NCBI GenBank assembly: GCA_039589315.1
Contig: JBDHHQ010000019.1
Coordinates: 1 to 61,244 of the forward strand
Direction: 5' to 3'
Length of the DNA stretch: 61,244 nucleotides
Origin: Gemmatimonadota bacterium
GTDB taxonomy: Bacteria > Gemmatimonadota > Gemmatimonadetes > Longimicrobiales > Gaopeijiaceae
How positions within the stretch are numbered: position 1 is the first letter of the stretch; the number at the start of each line of letters is the position of its first letter. Shown here in pieces: positions 39,164-48,534 of this stretch. A program made the translations under genes and the position numbers. The notes below the pieces were generated by a model. The model had not been told where the DNA came from. It did no database searches and saw only the letters and a program-made list of their open reading frames with translations.

Positions 39164-40927
39164 TCAGGCGGGCCAGAAGAAGGGAATGAGCAGGGTGCCG
39201 CCAGCCACGTACAGGAGCTTCAGCGGTAGTCCCACACGAAAGAAGTCACCGAAGTTGTATCCGGCGGCACCGGCCACCATCGTATTGGTCTGGTATCCGA
39301 CGGGCGTCAGGAAGGCCGCCGACGCTCCGAGCGCGATGGCCACGGCGAGGGGCTGCACCGACGTTCCGGCGCTGCCGGCCGCCGCCACGGCCACCGGGAA
39401 CAGGAGGGCGGCCGCGGCCACGTTCGTGATCACTTCGGTCAGCAGCGCGGCCGCCAGAAACAGGCCGCCCACGGCCAGGTAGGCCCCCGTGGCGGACGTC
39501 CATCCGGTCAACACGCCGGCCAGCGCTCCCGCCGCCCCGCTCGCCACCATGGCCTGTCCCAGCCCGATGGCGGTGGCCATCGTGACCAGCGTTGCCCAGT
39601 CCAGCGAGCTCCAGAGGTCCACCGGCTCGAGTCGCCGGGTGAGGATCAGGATCAGCACGCCCCCCACCGTCGCCTCGAGGAGCGTTGCGAGGCCGGAGAC
39701 CGTGAGCGCGACCACCAGACCCAGCGTGACGGGCTCCAGCCAGTCCCCGGGCGCCACCGGGTGGCTCACCTTCCCCGCCTCGGACACGAGGTAGAAGTCC
39801 CGGGAATGGCGCCACCGGCCGAGAAAGTCCGAACCCGTCTGCAGCAGGAGCGTATCGCCGGCGTGGAGCACGATGTCACCGATCTTGGCCTCGATCCGCT
39901 CCCCATGACGGTGCACGGCCAGGACCACCGCGTCGTAGCGGGCGCGAAAGCCCGAATCCCTGACGCTCCTGTTCACGACGGGCGCGCTGGGGGACACCAC
40001 GGCCTCCACCAGTTGGAGGTGCTCCTCGCCGAGGCTAGCCAGAGCCCCGCGTCCGGAGTCGGCCTCGAGCCCGTCCAGGGCCTGAACCTCGGCGATCTGG
40101 TCGACCAGCCCCACGAACAACAGGGAATCGCCTGCGTCGAGGGTCCAATCGGGGCCCACCGGCGACCTCAGCGTATCGGCCCGTTCGACACCGGCCACGT
40201 ACACGTTGGGGAGGTGTCTCAGTCGGCTCACCCGTTGGCCCACCAGGCTCCCTCCCTCGGCCACCCTCAACCACGTCGAGTACCGCTTCGGATCGGTCTG
40301 CACGGACTGCCGGACGTCTCGCCGAGGCGGCAGTCGGAAGTAGCCGAAGAAGACGAGGTAGAGAATGCCGACGGCGGCCAGGGGAACCGCGGCGGGGGCC
40401 AGCTCGAACATGCCGAGCCCAGGCAGGCCCTGTTCGAGGAGCATGCCGTGGACCACCAGATTCGTGGACGTGCCCACGAGGGTCGCCGCGCCACCCATGA
40501 TGGCCGCGAACGAGAGGGGCATGAGGAGCCGCGCCGCCGATTCTCCGTGGCGTTCGGCCCAGTCCTTGGCCGCCGGGATCAGGACGGCGCACAGGGGCGT
40601 GTTGGCCACGAATGCCGACAGCACCGCCGCTGCGGTGCTGGAGCGTAGCACGGCACGCCGGCCAGGCCGATCACCGAAGACGGGCGCCGTGAGCCACCTG
40701 AGCCAAGGGGAGCGCTCCATGCTGGCCGCGATGACCAGAAGCAGCGCCACGGTTGCCACTGCCGTGTTGGAGAAGCCGGCCAATCCCTGAGCCGGGCTGA
40801 TGACGCCGCTGATCAGCAGGAGCCCCAGCGCGCCACCCAACGCCAGAGGCGGCTCCAGCCACTCCCGCGCCATGGCCACGACGGCGGCTGTGGCCACCCC
40901 CACCGTGAGCCACGCGGCGAACGTCAT
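39164..40927 (-). CDS. SLC13-family permease with TrkA-C domains (probable sulfate transporter)
   Basis: SAFVANT, GG..TLVGTSTNL, two RCK-C segments, TEVITNVAAA, TPVGYQTN. Confidence 0.88.
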   Translation of the reverse strand: MTFAAWLTVGVATAAVVAMAREWLEPPLALGGALGLLLISGVISPAQGLAGFSNTAVATVALLLVIAASMERSPWLRWLTAPVFGDRPGRRAVLRSSTAAAVLSAFVANTPLCAVLIPAAKDWAERHGESAARLLMPLSFAAIMGGAATLVGTSTNLVVHGMLLEQGLPGLGMFELAPAAVPLAAVGILYLVFFGYFRLPPRRDVRQSVQTDPKRYSTWLRVAEGGSLVGQRVSRLRHLPNVYVAGVERADTLRSPVGPDWTLDAGDSLLFVGLVDQIAEVQALDGLEADSGRGALASLGEEHLQLVEAVVSPSAPVVNRSVRDSGFRARYDAVVLAVHRHGERIEAKIGDIVLHAGDTLLLQTGSDFLGRWRHSRDFYLVSEAGKVSHPVAPGDWLEPVTLGLVVALTVSGLATLLEATVGGVLILILTRRLEPVDLWSSLDWATLVTMATAIGLGQAMVASGAAGALAGVLTGWTSATGAYLAVGGLFLAAALLTEVITNVAAAALLFPVAVAAAGSAGTSVQPLAVAIALGASAAFLTPVGYQTNTMVAGAAGYNFGDFFRVGLPLKLLYVAGGTLLIPFFWPA

Positions 40928-40964
40928 CAGTCGACCGGGGAGGCCGAGAGCCGGGACCGAGAGG

Positions 40965-42695
40965 TCATCCTGTGCCCTGGGGGCCGATGTAGCCTTGCTT
41001 CTCCAGGTGGAGGAAGATCTGCTGGGCTGCCTCCTCGGGCGTGATGTCCGTCGTGTCGATGGCCAAGTCGGCGTCCTCGGGCGCTTCGTACGGATCGGAG
41101 ATCCCGGTGAACTCCTTGATGATCCCGGCCCGGGCCTTCGCGTAGAGCCCTTTCCGGTCCCGTTGCTCGCAGATCTCGAGCGGCGTCGCGATATGTACCA
41201 GCAGGTAGCCCCCCACCGACGAGATCAAGGCTCGATTCTGCTTTCGCACGCTGTCGTACGGCGCGATGGGAGCGCAGATGGCGACGCCGCCGCCTTTCGT
41301 GATCTCCGAGGCCACGAAGCCGATCCGCTGTATGTTGAGATCGCGGTGCTCCTTGGAGAACCCCAGCTCGCTCGACAGGTTCTTGCGGACCAGATCGCCG
41401 TCCAGAAGGGTCACCGGCCGCCCGCCCATTTCCAGGAGCTTCACCCGGAGCACGTTGGCAACCGTGGACTTGCCCGAGCCGGAGAGCCCCGTGAAGAAGA
41501 CCGTGAAGCCTCCACGGCTCCGGGGCGGATGGCTGCGGCGCAGCTCCGAAGCCACGTCCGAAAAGGTGAACCAGGGGGGAATCTCCCGACCGTCCGCCAG
41601 ACGCTGGCGGAGCTGGGTCCCGGAGATGGACCGCGTCTTCACCCCCTCTGCCACTTGGTCGATGGGCAGGTACTGGTCGGAGTCCTCCACGTAGACCATG
41701 AGCCTGAAGGGGACCATCTCGACACCCAGATCGGCTCGTACCTCTTTCATCAGCTCCTGGGCGTCATACGGACCGTAGAACGGGTTGCCCCCCGAGTCGC
41801 TGCCGGGACCGGCGTGGTCCCGCCCGACGACGAGGTGGGTGCACCCGTGGTTCTTCCGGATGATGGCGTGCCACACGGCTTCCCGCGGGCCACCCATCCG
41901 CATGGCGAGGTTCAGCAGCGCCAGCTTGGCCGTGAACTTCGGATAATGGGGTAGGAGGGCCTGGTAGCAGCGCACCCGGGTGAAGTGATCCACGTCGCCA
42001 GGCTTGGTCATTCCCACGACCGGATGAATCAGCAGATTCGCCCCCACCTCCTTGGCCGCGCGCAGCGTCAGCTCCTGGTGGGCCCGGTGCATGGGGTTCC
42101 GCGTCTGGAACGCCACGACCCGCCTCCAACCCAACCGGCGGAACTCGGCCCGAAGCTCCCGGGGGGTCAGCCGAAGTCCTTTGAAGTCGTAGTGCACCGG
42201 GAGCTGGAGGCCCTCCAGTCTGCCCCCCAAGTAGACCGGGTGGGTTTGACCCAGCAGGTGGCCTACGCCCGGGTGCTCGGGGTTGCCGGTGCCGAAGACG
42301 CGCTCGGCTTCCAGCTCCAGATTCGGCTCCCAGACGTCCTCCACGTGCAGGACCGCCAACATCACGCCCTCGGGATCACGAAGCGCGACGCGATCCCCGA
42401 CCGACAGGCTCTCCGCCGCTTCTCTCGAGACGTCCAGCGTGATGGGCATGGGCCACAGGGTCCCGTCGGGGAGGCGCATGTCGTCCCGGACCGACTCGTA
42501 GGCGCCACGGGTCAGGAACCCCTCGAGCGGAGAGAACCCGCCATTGAGCAGCAGCTCCAGGTCACAGACGTGCCTCGGCGAGAGGCTGAGGGAAGACCAG
42601 TCTCGGGAAGCGTCGCGTAGCTCCGCCGCCCGGGCCTCATCAGCGAGCAGCTCGGTCAGACGCCCCCCATGGGGGGCGATCAGATGGTTACCCAT
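40965..42695 (-). CDS. sat: Bifunctional sulfate adenylyltransferase / adenylyl-sulfate kinase (Sat-CysC fusion)
   Basis: AFQTRNPMHRAH and GRDHAG (ATP sulfurylase), then GLSGSGKST, LLDGD, LGFSKEHRD, FTGISDPYE (APS kinase). Confidence 0.96.
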   Translation of the reverse strand: MGNHLIAPHGGRLTELLADEARAAELRDASRDWSSLSLSPRHVCDLELLLNGGFSPLEGFLTRGAYESVRDDMRLPDGTLWPMPITLDVSREAAESLSVGDRVALRDPEGVMLAVLHVEDVWEPNLELEAERVFGTGNPEHPGVGHLLGQTHPVYLGGRLEGLQLPVHYDFKGLRLTPRELRAEFRRLGWRRVVAFQTRNPMHRAHQELTLRAAKEVGANLLIHPVVGMTKPGDVDHFTRVRCYQALLPHYPKFTAKLALLNLAMRMGGPREAVWHAIIRKNHGCTHLVVGRDHAGPGSDSGGNPFYGPYDAQELMKEVRADLGVEMVPFRLMVYVEDSDQYLPIDQVAEGVKTRSISGTQLRQRLADGREIPPWFTFSDVASELRRSHPPRSRGGFTVFFTGLSGSGKSTVANVLRVKLLEMGGRPVTLLDGDLVRKNLSSELGFSKEHRDLNIQRIGFVASEITKGGGVAICAPIAPYDSVRKQNRALISSVGGYLLVHIATPLEICEQRDRKGLYAKARAGIIKEFTGISDPYEAPEDADLAIDTTDITPEEAAQQIFLHLEKQGYIGPQGTG

Positions 42696-42767
42696 CTATG
42701 GTATCCGGTCCTTTCGGTTGGTGATCTCTTCGCGCGCAGGGCCAGCCGGCAGCCGTCGCCCGCCAGC

Positions 42768-44096
42768 TCACGCCGTTCCGACGCCCTTGACGATCCAGGT
42801 AGGCCGAGGCCGGGACGCCGGGTCGATCGCCGCTGTGGCATTGCGCGCGTCGACCAGAATCGTGGAGCCAGCCAGAATCCAGGGGTAATCGAAGGCGCTA
42901 TGATCCGTGAGCAGTACCACTGCGTCGGCACGGGTCAGGGCATCGTCGTCGAGGGCCACCGACGTCATGCCGTTCCCGTCCTGGACGACCGTGGGCACCA
43001 GCGGGTCGTGATAGCTGACGTTCGCCCCGTCGGACTGGAGCAGACGGATCACGTCCAGGGCCGGAGATTCACGCACGTCGCTCACGTCCTTCTTGTACGC
43101 TACCCCGAGGACGAGGATGTTCGAGCCGTTCAGGGCCTTTCTCGCCTGGTTCAGGGCCTGCCTCACCTTCTCGGCGATGAATCCGGGCATCTCCGCATTG
43201 ACTTCCGCCGCGAGCTCGATGAAGCGGGCTCTGTAGTTCAACGACCGCATCTTCCACGACAGGTAATGGGGATCCACCGGAATGCAGTGCCCCCCCAGTC
43301 CCGGGCCGGGTGTGAACTTCATGTAGCCGAACGGCTTCGTCGCCGCGGCCTCCACCACCTCGAAGATGTCGACACCCAGGATGTCGGCGATGAGCGCAGC
43401 CTCGTTGACGAGGCCGATATTCACCGCCCGAAAGGTGTTTTCGAGCAGCTTCGTCAGCTCAGCGGCTTCCGTGGACGAAACCGGCACCAGGGTGTCGACG
43501 AAGCGTCCGTAGAACGCCACGCCGACCGTGCCACAGTCCGGCGTAATGCCCCCGATGACCTTGGGCGTGTTCCGTGTCTTCCAGACTTCGTTGCCGGGAT
43601 CGACGCGCTCCGGAGAGAAGCACAGGAAGAAGTCCGTTCCCACCGCCAACCCCGTTCGCTCGAGGGCCGGAAGCACCACTTCCCGGGTCGTTCCGGGGTA
43701 GGTCGTGGACTCCAACACCACGAGCTGACCCGGCCGCAGCGCGGCGCGCACGGCATCGGTGGCTGCCTTGATGAACGACACGTCCGGGTCACGCGTCTTG
43801 GACAGGGGGGTGGGCACGCAGATGGAAATGGCATCGCACTCGGCCAGCCGCGCCATCTCGGTGGTCGCCTCCAACCGACCCGACCGCACCAGCTCGGAGA
43901 TATCCTCGTCGGTCAGGTCGTTGATGTGGCTCCGGCCTGCGTTGACGCTGGCCACGACAGTGTCGCTCACGTCGAAGCCCACCACGGCAAGACCGCTCCG
44001 GGCCGCCTCCACCGCCAGCGGGAGTCCCACGTAGCCGAGACCCATCACGCCGAGCGTGAGCGGGTCGGATCGGAAGTGGGATTCTGCTTCGTTCAT
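42768..44096 (-). CDS. UDP-N-acetylhexosamine 6-dehydrogenase (WbpA/WecC/TviB type)
   Basis: GLGYVG, CVPTPL, ESTTYPGTT, SPERVDPGN, catalytic GGHCIPVDP, D.RESP. Confidence 0.92.
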   Translation of the reverse strand: MNEAESHFRSDPLTLGVMGLGYVGLPLAVEAARSGLAVVGFDVSDTVVASVNAGRSHINDLTDEDISELVRSGRLEATTEMARLAECDAISICVPTPLSKTRDPDVSFIKAATDAVRAALRPGQLVVLESTTYPGTTREVVLPALERTGLAVGTDFFLCFSPERVDPGNEVWKTRNTPKVIGGITPDCGTVGVAFYGRFVDTLVPVSSTEAAELTKLLENTFRAVNIGLVNEAALIADILGVDIFEVVEAAATKPFGYMKFTPGPGLGGHCIPVDPHYLSWKMRSLNYRARFIELAAEVNAEMPGFIAEKVRQALNQARKALNGSNILVLGVAYKKDVSDVRESPALDVIRLLQSDGANVSYHDPLVPTVVQDGNGMTSVALDDDALTRADAVVLLTDHSAFDYPWILAGSTILVDARNATAAIDPASRPRPTWIVKGVGTA

Positions 44097-44317
44097 GGTG
44101 TCTTCGGTCTCCCTCTTCCACGGATGCCAGGGTTCACGAGGCCCTGTGGCGCGTGCGCATCACCGGGGGGCCTCATGCGCCGCAGGCGGGTGGCGGTCGC
44201 TCGGCGTCGTGCCCCGCCTTCGCAGCCGTTCGGCTCCGCCGAACTGCCGCGAAGAGGGCGTTCTGCACTGCCACTGCTTCCCCGACCCTGGAGCGGGACG
44301 GGACCCGGGGTGCGTGT

Positions 44318-44333
44318 AGCAAGGATCTGGCCA
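44318..44333 (-). promoter_or_regulatory. Putative sigma-54 promoter of the nucleotide-sugar/sulfate operon
   Basis: Minus strand TGGCCAGATCCTTGCT has both TGGC and TTGC cores with exact GG-N10-GC spacing, just downstream of the rpmB terminator. Confidence 0.65.
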
Positions 44334-44358
44334 GAACCCCCAGGCGGCCCGATGGACG

Positions 44359-44393
44359 AAGCCCCCGCGCCGGCTGACCCGTCGCGGGGGCTT
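44359..44393 (-). terminator. Intrinsic-terminator-like hairpin after rpmB
   Basis: AAGCCCCCGCG / CGCGGGGGCTT 11-bp stem, about 46 nt after the rpmB stop. Confidence 0.65.
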
Positions 44394-44439
44394 TGGCCTT
44401 GGCCGCTGCGCAACCGTCAGCGAGGCCGGGTCGACGACC

Positions 44440-44658
44440 TCAGCCGCCTGCCGTCGCCCCCGCGGGCGGCGCCTTGGTGACCTTGCCCGCGGAGATGCAC
44501 GCTGCACAGACGCGAACACGCCGGCGGGCCCCGTCCTCCCCGACGATCCGGACGCGCTGGAGGTTCGGCAGCCAGCGGCGCCGGGTCTTGTTGTGGGCGT
44601 GGCTGACGTTGTTCCCCGTGCTGGGGCCTTTACCGCAAACCTGACACACTCGAGCCAT
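44440..44658 (-). CDS. rpmB: 50S ribosomal protein L28
   Basis: [32 protein letters not shown]. Confidence 0.97.
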   Translation of the reverse strand: MARVCQVCGKGPSTGNNVSHAHNKTRRRWLPNLQRVRIVGEDGARRRVRVCAACISAGKVTKAPPAGATAGG

Positions 44659-44692
44659 GGGATCTTATCTCGCTGCTGCTGCGGCAGGCGCC

Positions 44693-45235
44693 TCAGCCGC
44701 CCTCGGGGACCTGGATGGCAAAGGCCTCGGCCTCGAGGAAGCTGCTGGCGAACTCCGCCTCGATTCTCTGAACATCTTCAGTGAACACGCCCCCGTCCTG
44801 CCAGGCGTTCAGCACACTGTCGGACATGGTGTGGACGGTTCCGGTGAGCTCTCCGACGTCGCCGGAAGCCACGACCAGCCCATCCGCGATCAACGCATCG
44901 CCGAGCTTGATCAGAAACGGCGTTTCGTTGGGGAGCTGGGTCCAGAACGCTCCGTGGCCGAGGAGGCTGGCGACCCGGACCGGCCGGAGCGTGATCATCT
45001 GTCCCTCATACGACCCGGGATTCGCGCCGAAGTCGTTCCAGCCCACGAGCATGCCTCCGGCCGCTGCGGCGGTGCTCGAGCCCCCCTCTTCGACGACGGC
45101 GACCGAGGTCGGCTCTGCCGTCCGGGACAGCCAGAACAGGAATCCACCGATCGCGACGAACGAGAGGATCATGAGCGGAAGCGCCATGCTCTCCGCGGCA
45201 CCTCTGCGGGACGACATCAAGGTCATGGTGGCCAT
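44693..45235 (-). CDS. Hypothetical membrane-anchored protein
   Basis: One N-terminal TM segment and an acidic soluble domain; fills the rplQ-rpmB gap co-directionally. Confidence 0.7.
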   Translation of the reverse strand: MATMTLMSSRRGAAESMALPLMILSFVAIGGFLFWLSRTAEPTSVAVVEEGGSSTAAAAGGMLVGWNDFGANPGSYEGQMITLRPVRVASLLGHGAFWTQLPNETPFLIKLGDALIADGLVVASGDVGELTGTVHTMSDSVLNAWQDGGVFTEDVQRIEAEFASSFLEAEAFAIQVPEGG

Positions 45236-45276
45236 CCCTCTTGGTTCGATGGTCTATCGGATCGAAGGCACAGAGA

Positions 45277-45630
45277 TTAGTCCACGAGCTCGATCAGCGC
45301 CATATCGGCACCGTCGCCCCGGCGCGACCCCAGCTTGAGGATTCTCGTGTAGCCGCCGGGACGCTCCGCGAAACGGGGCCCCAGGTCGTCGAAGAGCTTA
45401 CCGAGGACTTCGCGGTCGGCGATATTGCGGCCGGCCAGGCGCCTGGCGTGCAGGTCGCCCCGCCGCGCCAGCGTGATCAGCCTCTCGGCGAAAGGCCGAA
45501 GCTCCTTGGCTTTGGCCTCCGTCGTCTCGATCCGCTCATGCCGGAAGAGGGAGGTAGCCATATTGCGTAGCGTCGCGCGTCGGTGACTGCGCGTACGGGA
45601 CAGATGGCGTCCCTTCTTACGGTGTCTCAT
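45277..45630 (-). CDS. rplQ: 50S ribosomal protein L17
   Basis: [26 protein letters not shown]. Confidence 0.98.
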   Translation of the reverse strand: MRHRKKGRHLSRTRSHRRATLRNMATSLFRHERIETTEAKAKELRPFAERLITLARRGDLHARRLAGRNIADREVLGKLFDDLGPRFAERPGGYTRILKLGSRRGDGADMALIELVD

Positions 45631-45633
45631 CTG

Positions 45634-46692
45634 TCACTCGTCCTCGTGCTCCGCGGCTTGCGCGGTCTCCTGTTCCCCTTCGTCGAGGAAGAAGAGCGTG
45701 CCGTCGTCGCTCTGCTGCAGGCGCATTCCGAAGCGCAAGCCGTGCTCGTCCAGGAAGTCCGAGATCTCCTTCAGCGACTTCTTCCCGAAGTTCTCGATGC
45801 CCAGCATCTCTTCCTCGGTCTGCTGTACCAGCTCGCCGAGCGTCTGGATGCTCTCCTTCTGGAGCGAATTCCGCGAACGCACGCTCAGCTCCGCCAGGTC
45901 CTCGATGGGACGCTGAAAGAGATCCTGCAGCCGATCCGGAACCGCGACGGCGCCGACGGGGCTCTCCTGCGGAATTCCTCCGGCCTTGCCCAGGTACAGG
46001 AGGTACTCGAGGTGCTTCCTGACCAGGTTGGCGGCATATCGCACAGACTCGGCCGGCTCCACGGAGCCATCGGTCTCGACGAAGAACGTGAGGCGATCGA
46101 AGTCGGTCCGCTGGCCGACCCGGGTCTCCTCGACCGAGAAGTTGGCCCTGCGGACCGGATTGTAGATGGAATCGATCCGCACGAGGTCGACCGGTGCGCC
46201 ACGCGGCAGCGGGTGCTGGTCGGCAAGCACGAAGCCCCGGCCCTTGTTGACGTACAGCTCGACGTTCAGGGACCTGTCTTCCTGTAGCGTCATCAGGTGA
46301 TGATCCGGCTCCAGGACCGTCACGCCCCCCGGGGCCCGGATGTCACCCGCGGTGACAGGGCCGGCCTTGTCGATGTGGATCTCCAGCGTCGCCTCGTCCA
46401 GATCGTCGTCCAGCGGGACGACCAGGGATTTGAGGTTCTGGATGACCTGGTGCACGTCCTCGACCACGCCCTGAATCGTCTGGTGTTCGTGGACGACGCC
46501 GTCGATGCGGAACGCCCACACGGCGGACCCCCGCAGCGAGGACAACAGCACACGCCGGACCGAGTTGCCCAGGGTGTGCCCGTAGCCGCGCTCGAGCGGC
46601 TCGATGATGAACTCCGATGCCTTGCCGTCGCGCGTGGGCTCCGACGCCTCTACGCGCTCCGGAAGTACCAACCCGGTGAGATCTATCGTCAC
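45634..46692 (-). CDS. rpoA: RNA polymerase alpha subunit
   Basis: EPLERGYGHTLGNSVRRVLLSS, RVGQRTDFDRL, alpha-CTD LSVRSRN.L...NFGKKSL.EI. Confidence 0.98.
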   Translation of the reverse strand: MTIDLTGLVLPERVEASEPTRDGKASEFIIEPLERGYGHTLGNSVRRVLLSSLRGSAVWAFRIDGVVHEHQTIQGVVEDVHQVIQNLKSLVVPLDDDLDEATLEIHIDKAGPVTAGDIRAPGGVTVLEPDHHLMTLQEDRSLNVELYVNKGRGFVLADQHPLPRGAPVDLVRIDSIYNPVRRANFSVEETRVGQRTDFDRLTFFVETDGSVEPAESVRYAANLVRKHLEYLLYLGKAGGIPQESPVGAVAVPDRLQDLFQRPIEDLAELSVRSRNSLQKESIQTLGELVQQTEEEMLGIENFGKKSLKEISDFLDEHGLRFGMRLQQSDDGTLFFLDEGEQETAQAAEHEDE

Positions 46693-46734
46693 CGTAACCC
46701 TCCCTACCCGTTCTGGGGAGCTGTACCGTTCGGT

Positions 46735-47370
46735 CTACTTCGAATAGAGCTCGACAATGAGCTGTTCCTGGACCGCCAGCGGGATGTCCTGCCGTTCCGG
46801 CTCCCGCAGCACGCGGCCGACTCGCGCCTTCTCGTCCAGGGCGAGCCACTCGGGCACCTTGGCACGGGTGCGGGCCTCGAGGCTTCCCCGGACTACGTTG
46901 ATATCCCGCGACTTCTCGCGGACGGCCACCTCGTCGCCCGCGCTCACGTGGTAGCTAGGAATGTCCACGACCCGGCCATTCACCTCTACGTGCCGGTGGC
47001 GAACGAGCTGTCGCGCCTGCTTCCGGCTGGCCGCGTAGCCCATCCGGAAGACCACGTTGTCGAGACGGGTCTCGAGAGCGATCAGCAGGTTTGCGCCCGT
47101 GACTCCCTCTCGATGAGCCGCTCGATCGAACACACCCCGGAACTGCTTCTCGTGCAGGCCGTAGATGCGCTTGACCTTCTGCTTCTCGCGGAGCTGCACC
47201 GCGTACTCGGACTGTCTACGCCGACGAGCCTGCGCCGGCCCGTGCTGGCCCGGCGGGTACGCGCGACGCTCCACGGGGCACTTCTCCGTGTAGCACTTGG
47301 CCCCTTTGAGGAAGAGCTTCTGGCCCTCCCGCCGACAGAGCTTGCAGACCGATCCTGTATACCGTGCCAT
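46735..47370 (-). CDS. rpsD: 30S ribosomal protein S4
   Basis: MARYTG.VCKLCRREG, QLREKQK, LETRLDNVVFR, IVELYSK. Confidence 0.99.
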   Translation of the reverse strand: MARYTGSVCKLCRREGQKLFLKGAKCYTEKCPVERRAYPPGQHGPAQARRRRQSEYAVQLREKQKVKRIYGLHEKQFRGVFDRAAHREGVTGANLLIALETRLDNVVFRMGYAASRKQARQLVRHRHVEVNGRVVDIPSYHVSAGDEVAVREKSRDINVVRGSLEARTRAKVPEWLALDEKARVGRVLREPERQDIPLAVQEQLIVELYSK

Positions 47371-47421
47371 CCGCTTCTCGTGATTGGGTTCGCCGCTCGA
47401 CGACCGGCGGCAATGCCTCGA

Positions 47422-47811
47422 CTAGACCCGCCGCTTCTTCGGCGGCCGACATCCGTTGTGGGGCAGGGGCGTCACATCCTGGATCGACTTGATCTGGAGC
47501 CCCGCGCTGGCCAGCGCCTGAATCGCCGACTCACGTCCCGAGCCAGGTCCCTGCACCCGCACCGAGATCCGCCGGACTCCCATGCTCATGGCCTCGCGGC
47601 CCGCCTGCTCCCCGGCCACGGTTGCGGCGAAGGGGGTCGACTTCTTGGAGCCCTTGAAGCCCGCCTTGCCTGCGCTGGCCCACACCACCGTGTCCCCCGA
47701 GCTGTCCGTAATGGTGATGATCGTGTTGTTGAAGGTCGCCTTGATGTGAGCGACACCTTCGGCCTCTACGACCTTCTTGCTGCGCTTACGGGTGGGCTTG
47801 CCCTTGGCCAA
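47422..47811 (-). CDS. rpsK: 30S ribosomal protein S11
   Basis: [33 protein letters not shown]. Confidence 0.99.
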   Translation of the reverse strand: MAKGKPTRKRSKKVVEAEGVAHIKATFNNTIITITDSSGDTVVWASAGKAGFKGSKKSTPFAATVAGEQAGREAMSMGVRRISVRVQGPGSGRESAIQALASAGLQIKSIQDVTPLPHNGCRPPKKRRV

Positions 47812-47940
47812 TGGTCTCTCTCCCGGCGGAGTCGCCTTCCGTCTAATGGAGATGCGGCGAGGGTCGGGCCACCAGGGCCCATCGCCGCATCCATTCCTCG
47901 ATCATGTATCTGCCAGCAGGCCCGGTCGGACCCGCTCCCG

Positions 47941-48321
47941 CTACTTCCTCGGCGCCTGCTTCTTACCGGCGATGGGCCGCCGCGAGCCCTTGTGCGTGCG
48001 GGCGTTGGTGTGCGTCCGCTGGCCCCGCACGGGGAGCCCCCGCCGGTGCCGGAGCCCCCTGTAGCAGCCGATGTCCATGAGCCGCTTCACGTTCATGGAC
48101 ACTTCGGTCCGAAGCGCACCTTCTACTTTGTACTCGCTCTCGATCTCCCGCCGAAGGCGATTCACCTCTTCGTCGCCCAGGTCCTGGGTGCGGAGATCGG
48201 GGCTGACGCCCGTGGCATCGATGATCTTCTTCGCACGCGAACGGCCGATGCCGTAGATGTACGTGAGAGCGATCTCGATCCGCTTTCCCCTGGGGAGATC
48301 TACGCCTGCGATGCGTGCCAT
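47941..48321 (-). CDS. rpsM: 30S ribosomal protein S13
   Basis: [10 protein letters not shown] (ATG 48321), [23 protein letters not shown]. Confidence 0.99.
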   Translation of the reverse strand: MARIAGVDLPRGKRIEIALTYIYGIGRSRAKKIIDATGVSPDLRTQDLGDEEVNRLRREIESEYKVEGALRTEVSMNVKRLMDIGCYRGLRHRRGLPVRGQRTHTNARTHKGSRRPIAGKKQAPRK

Positions 48322-48352
48322 ACTCTGAGTCCGTTTGGGCCGGCGGTCGGCG

Positions 48353-48469
48353 TTATCCCTGCCGCTGCTTGTGACGGGGATTGCGTTTGCAGATGACCCG
48401 GACGACACCGCGCCGCTTGATCACCTTGCAGTGCTCGCACATTGGTTTGACGCTACTTCTTACCTTCAT
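48353..48469 (-). CDS. rpmJ: 50S ribosomal protein L36 (not in the ORF track)
   Basis: Hand translation gives [38 protein letters not shown] followed by TAA. Confidence 0.98.
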   Translation of the reverse strand: MKVRSSVKPMCEHCKVIKRRGVVRVICKRNPRHKQRQG

Positions 48470-48505
48470 GAAACGCCCACCCCTCCGGTTGTGGCAGAGC
48501 TTACA

Positions 48506-48534
48506 AGTCTAACTAAAGCGTGGACTACCTTCAA
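48506..48534 (-). promoter_or_regulatory. Sigma-70-type promoter for rpmJ and the alpha operon
   Basis: Minus strand TTGAAG-N17-TAGACT in an AT-rich patch 36 nt upstream of the rpmJ ATG. Confidence 0.7.
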
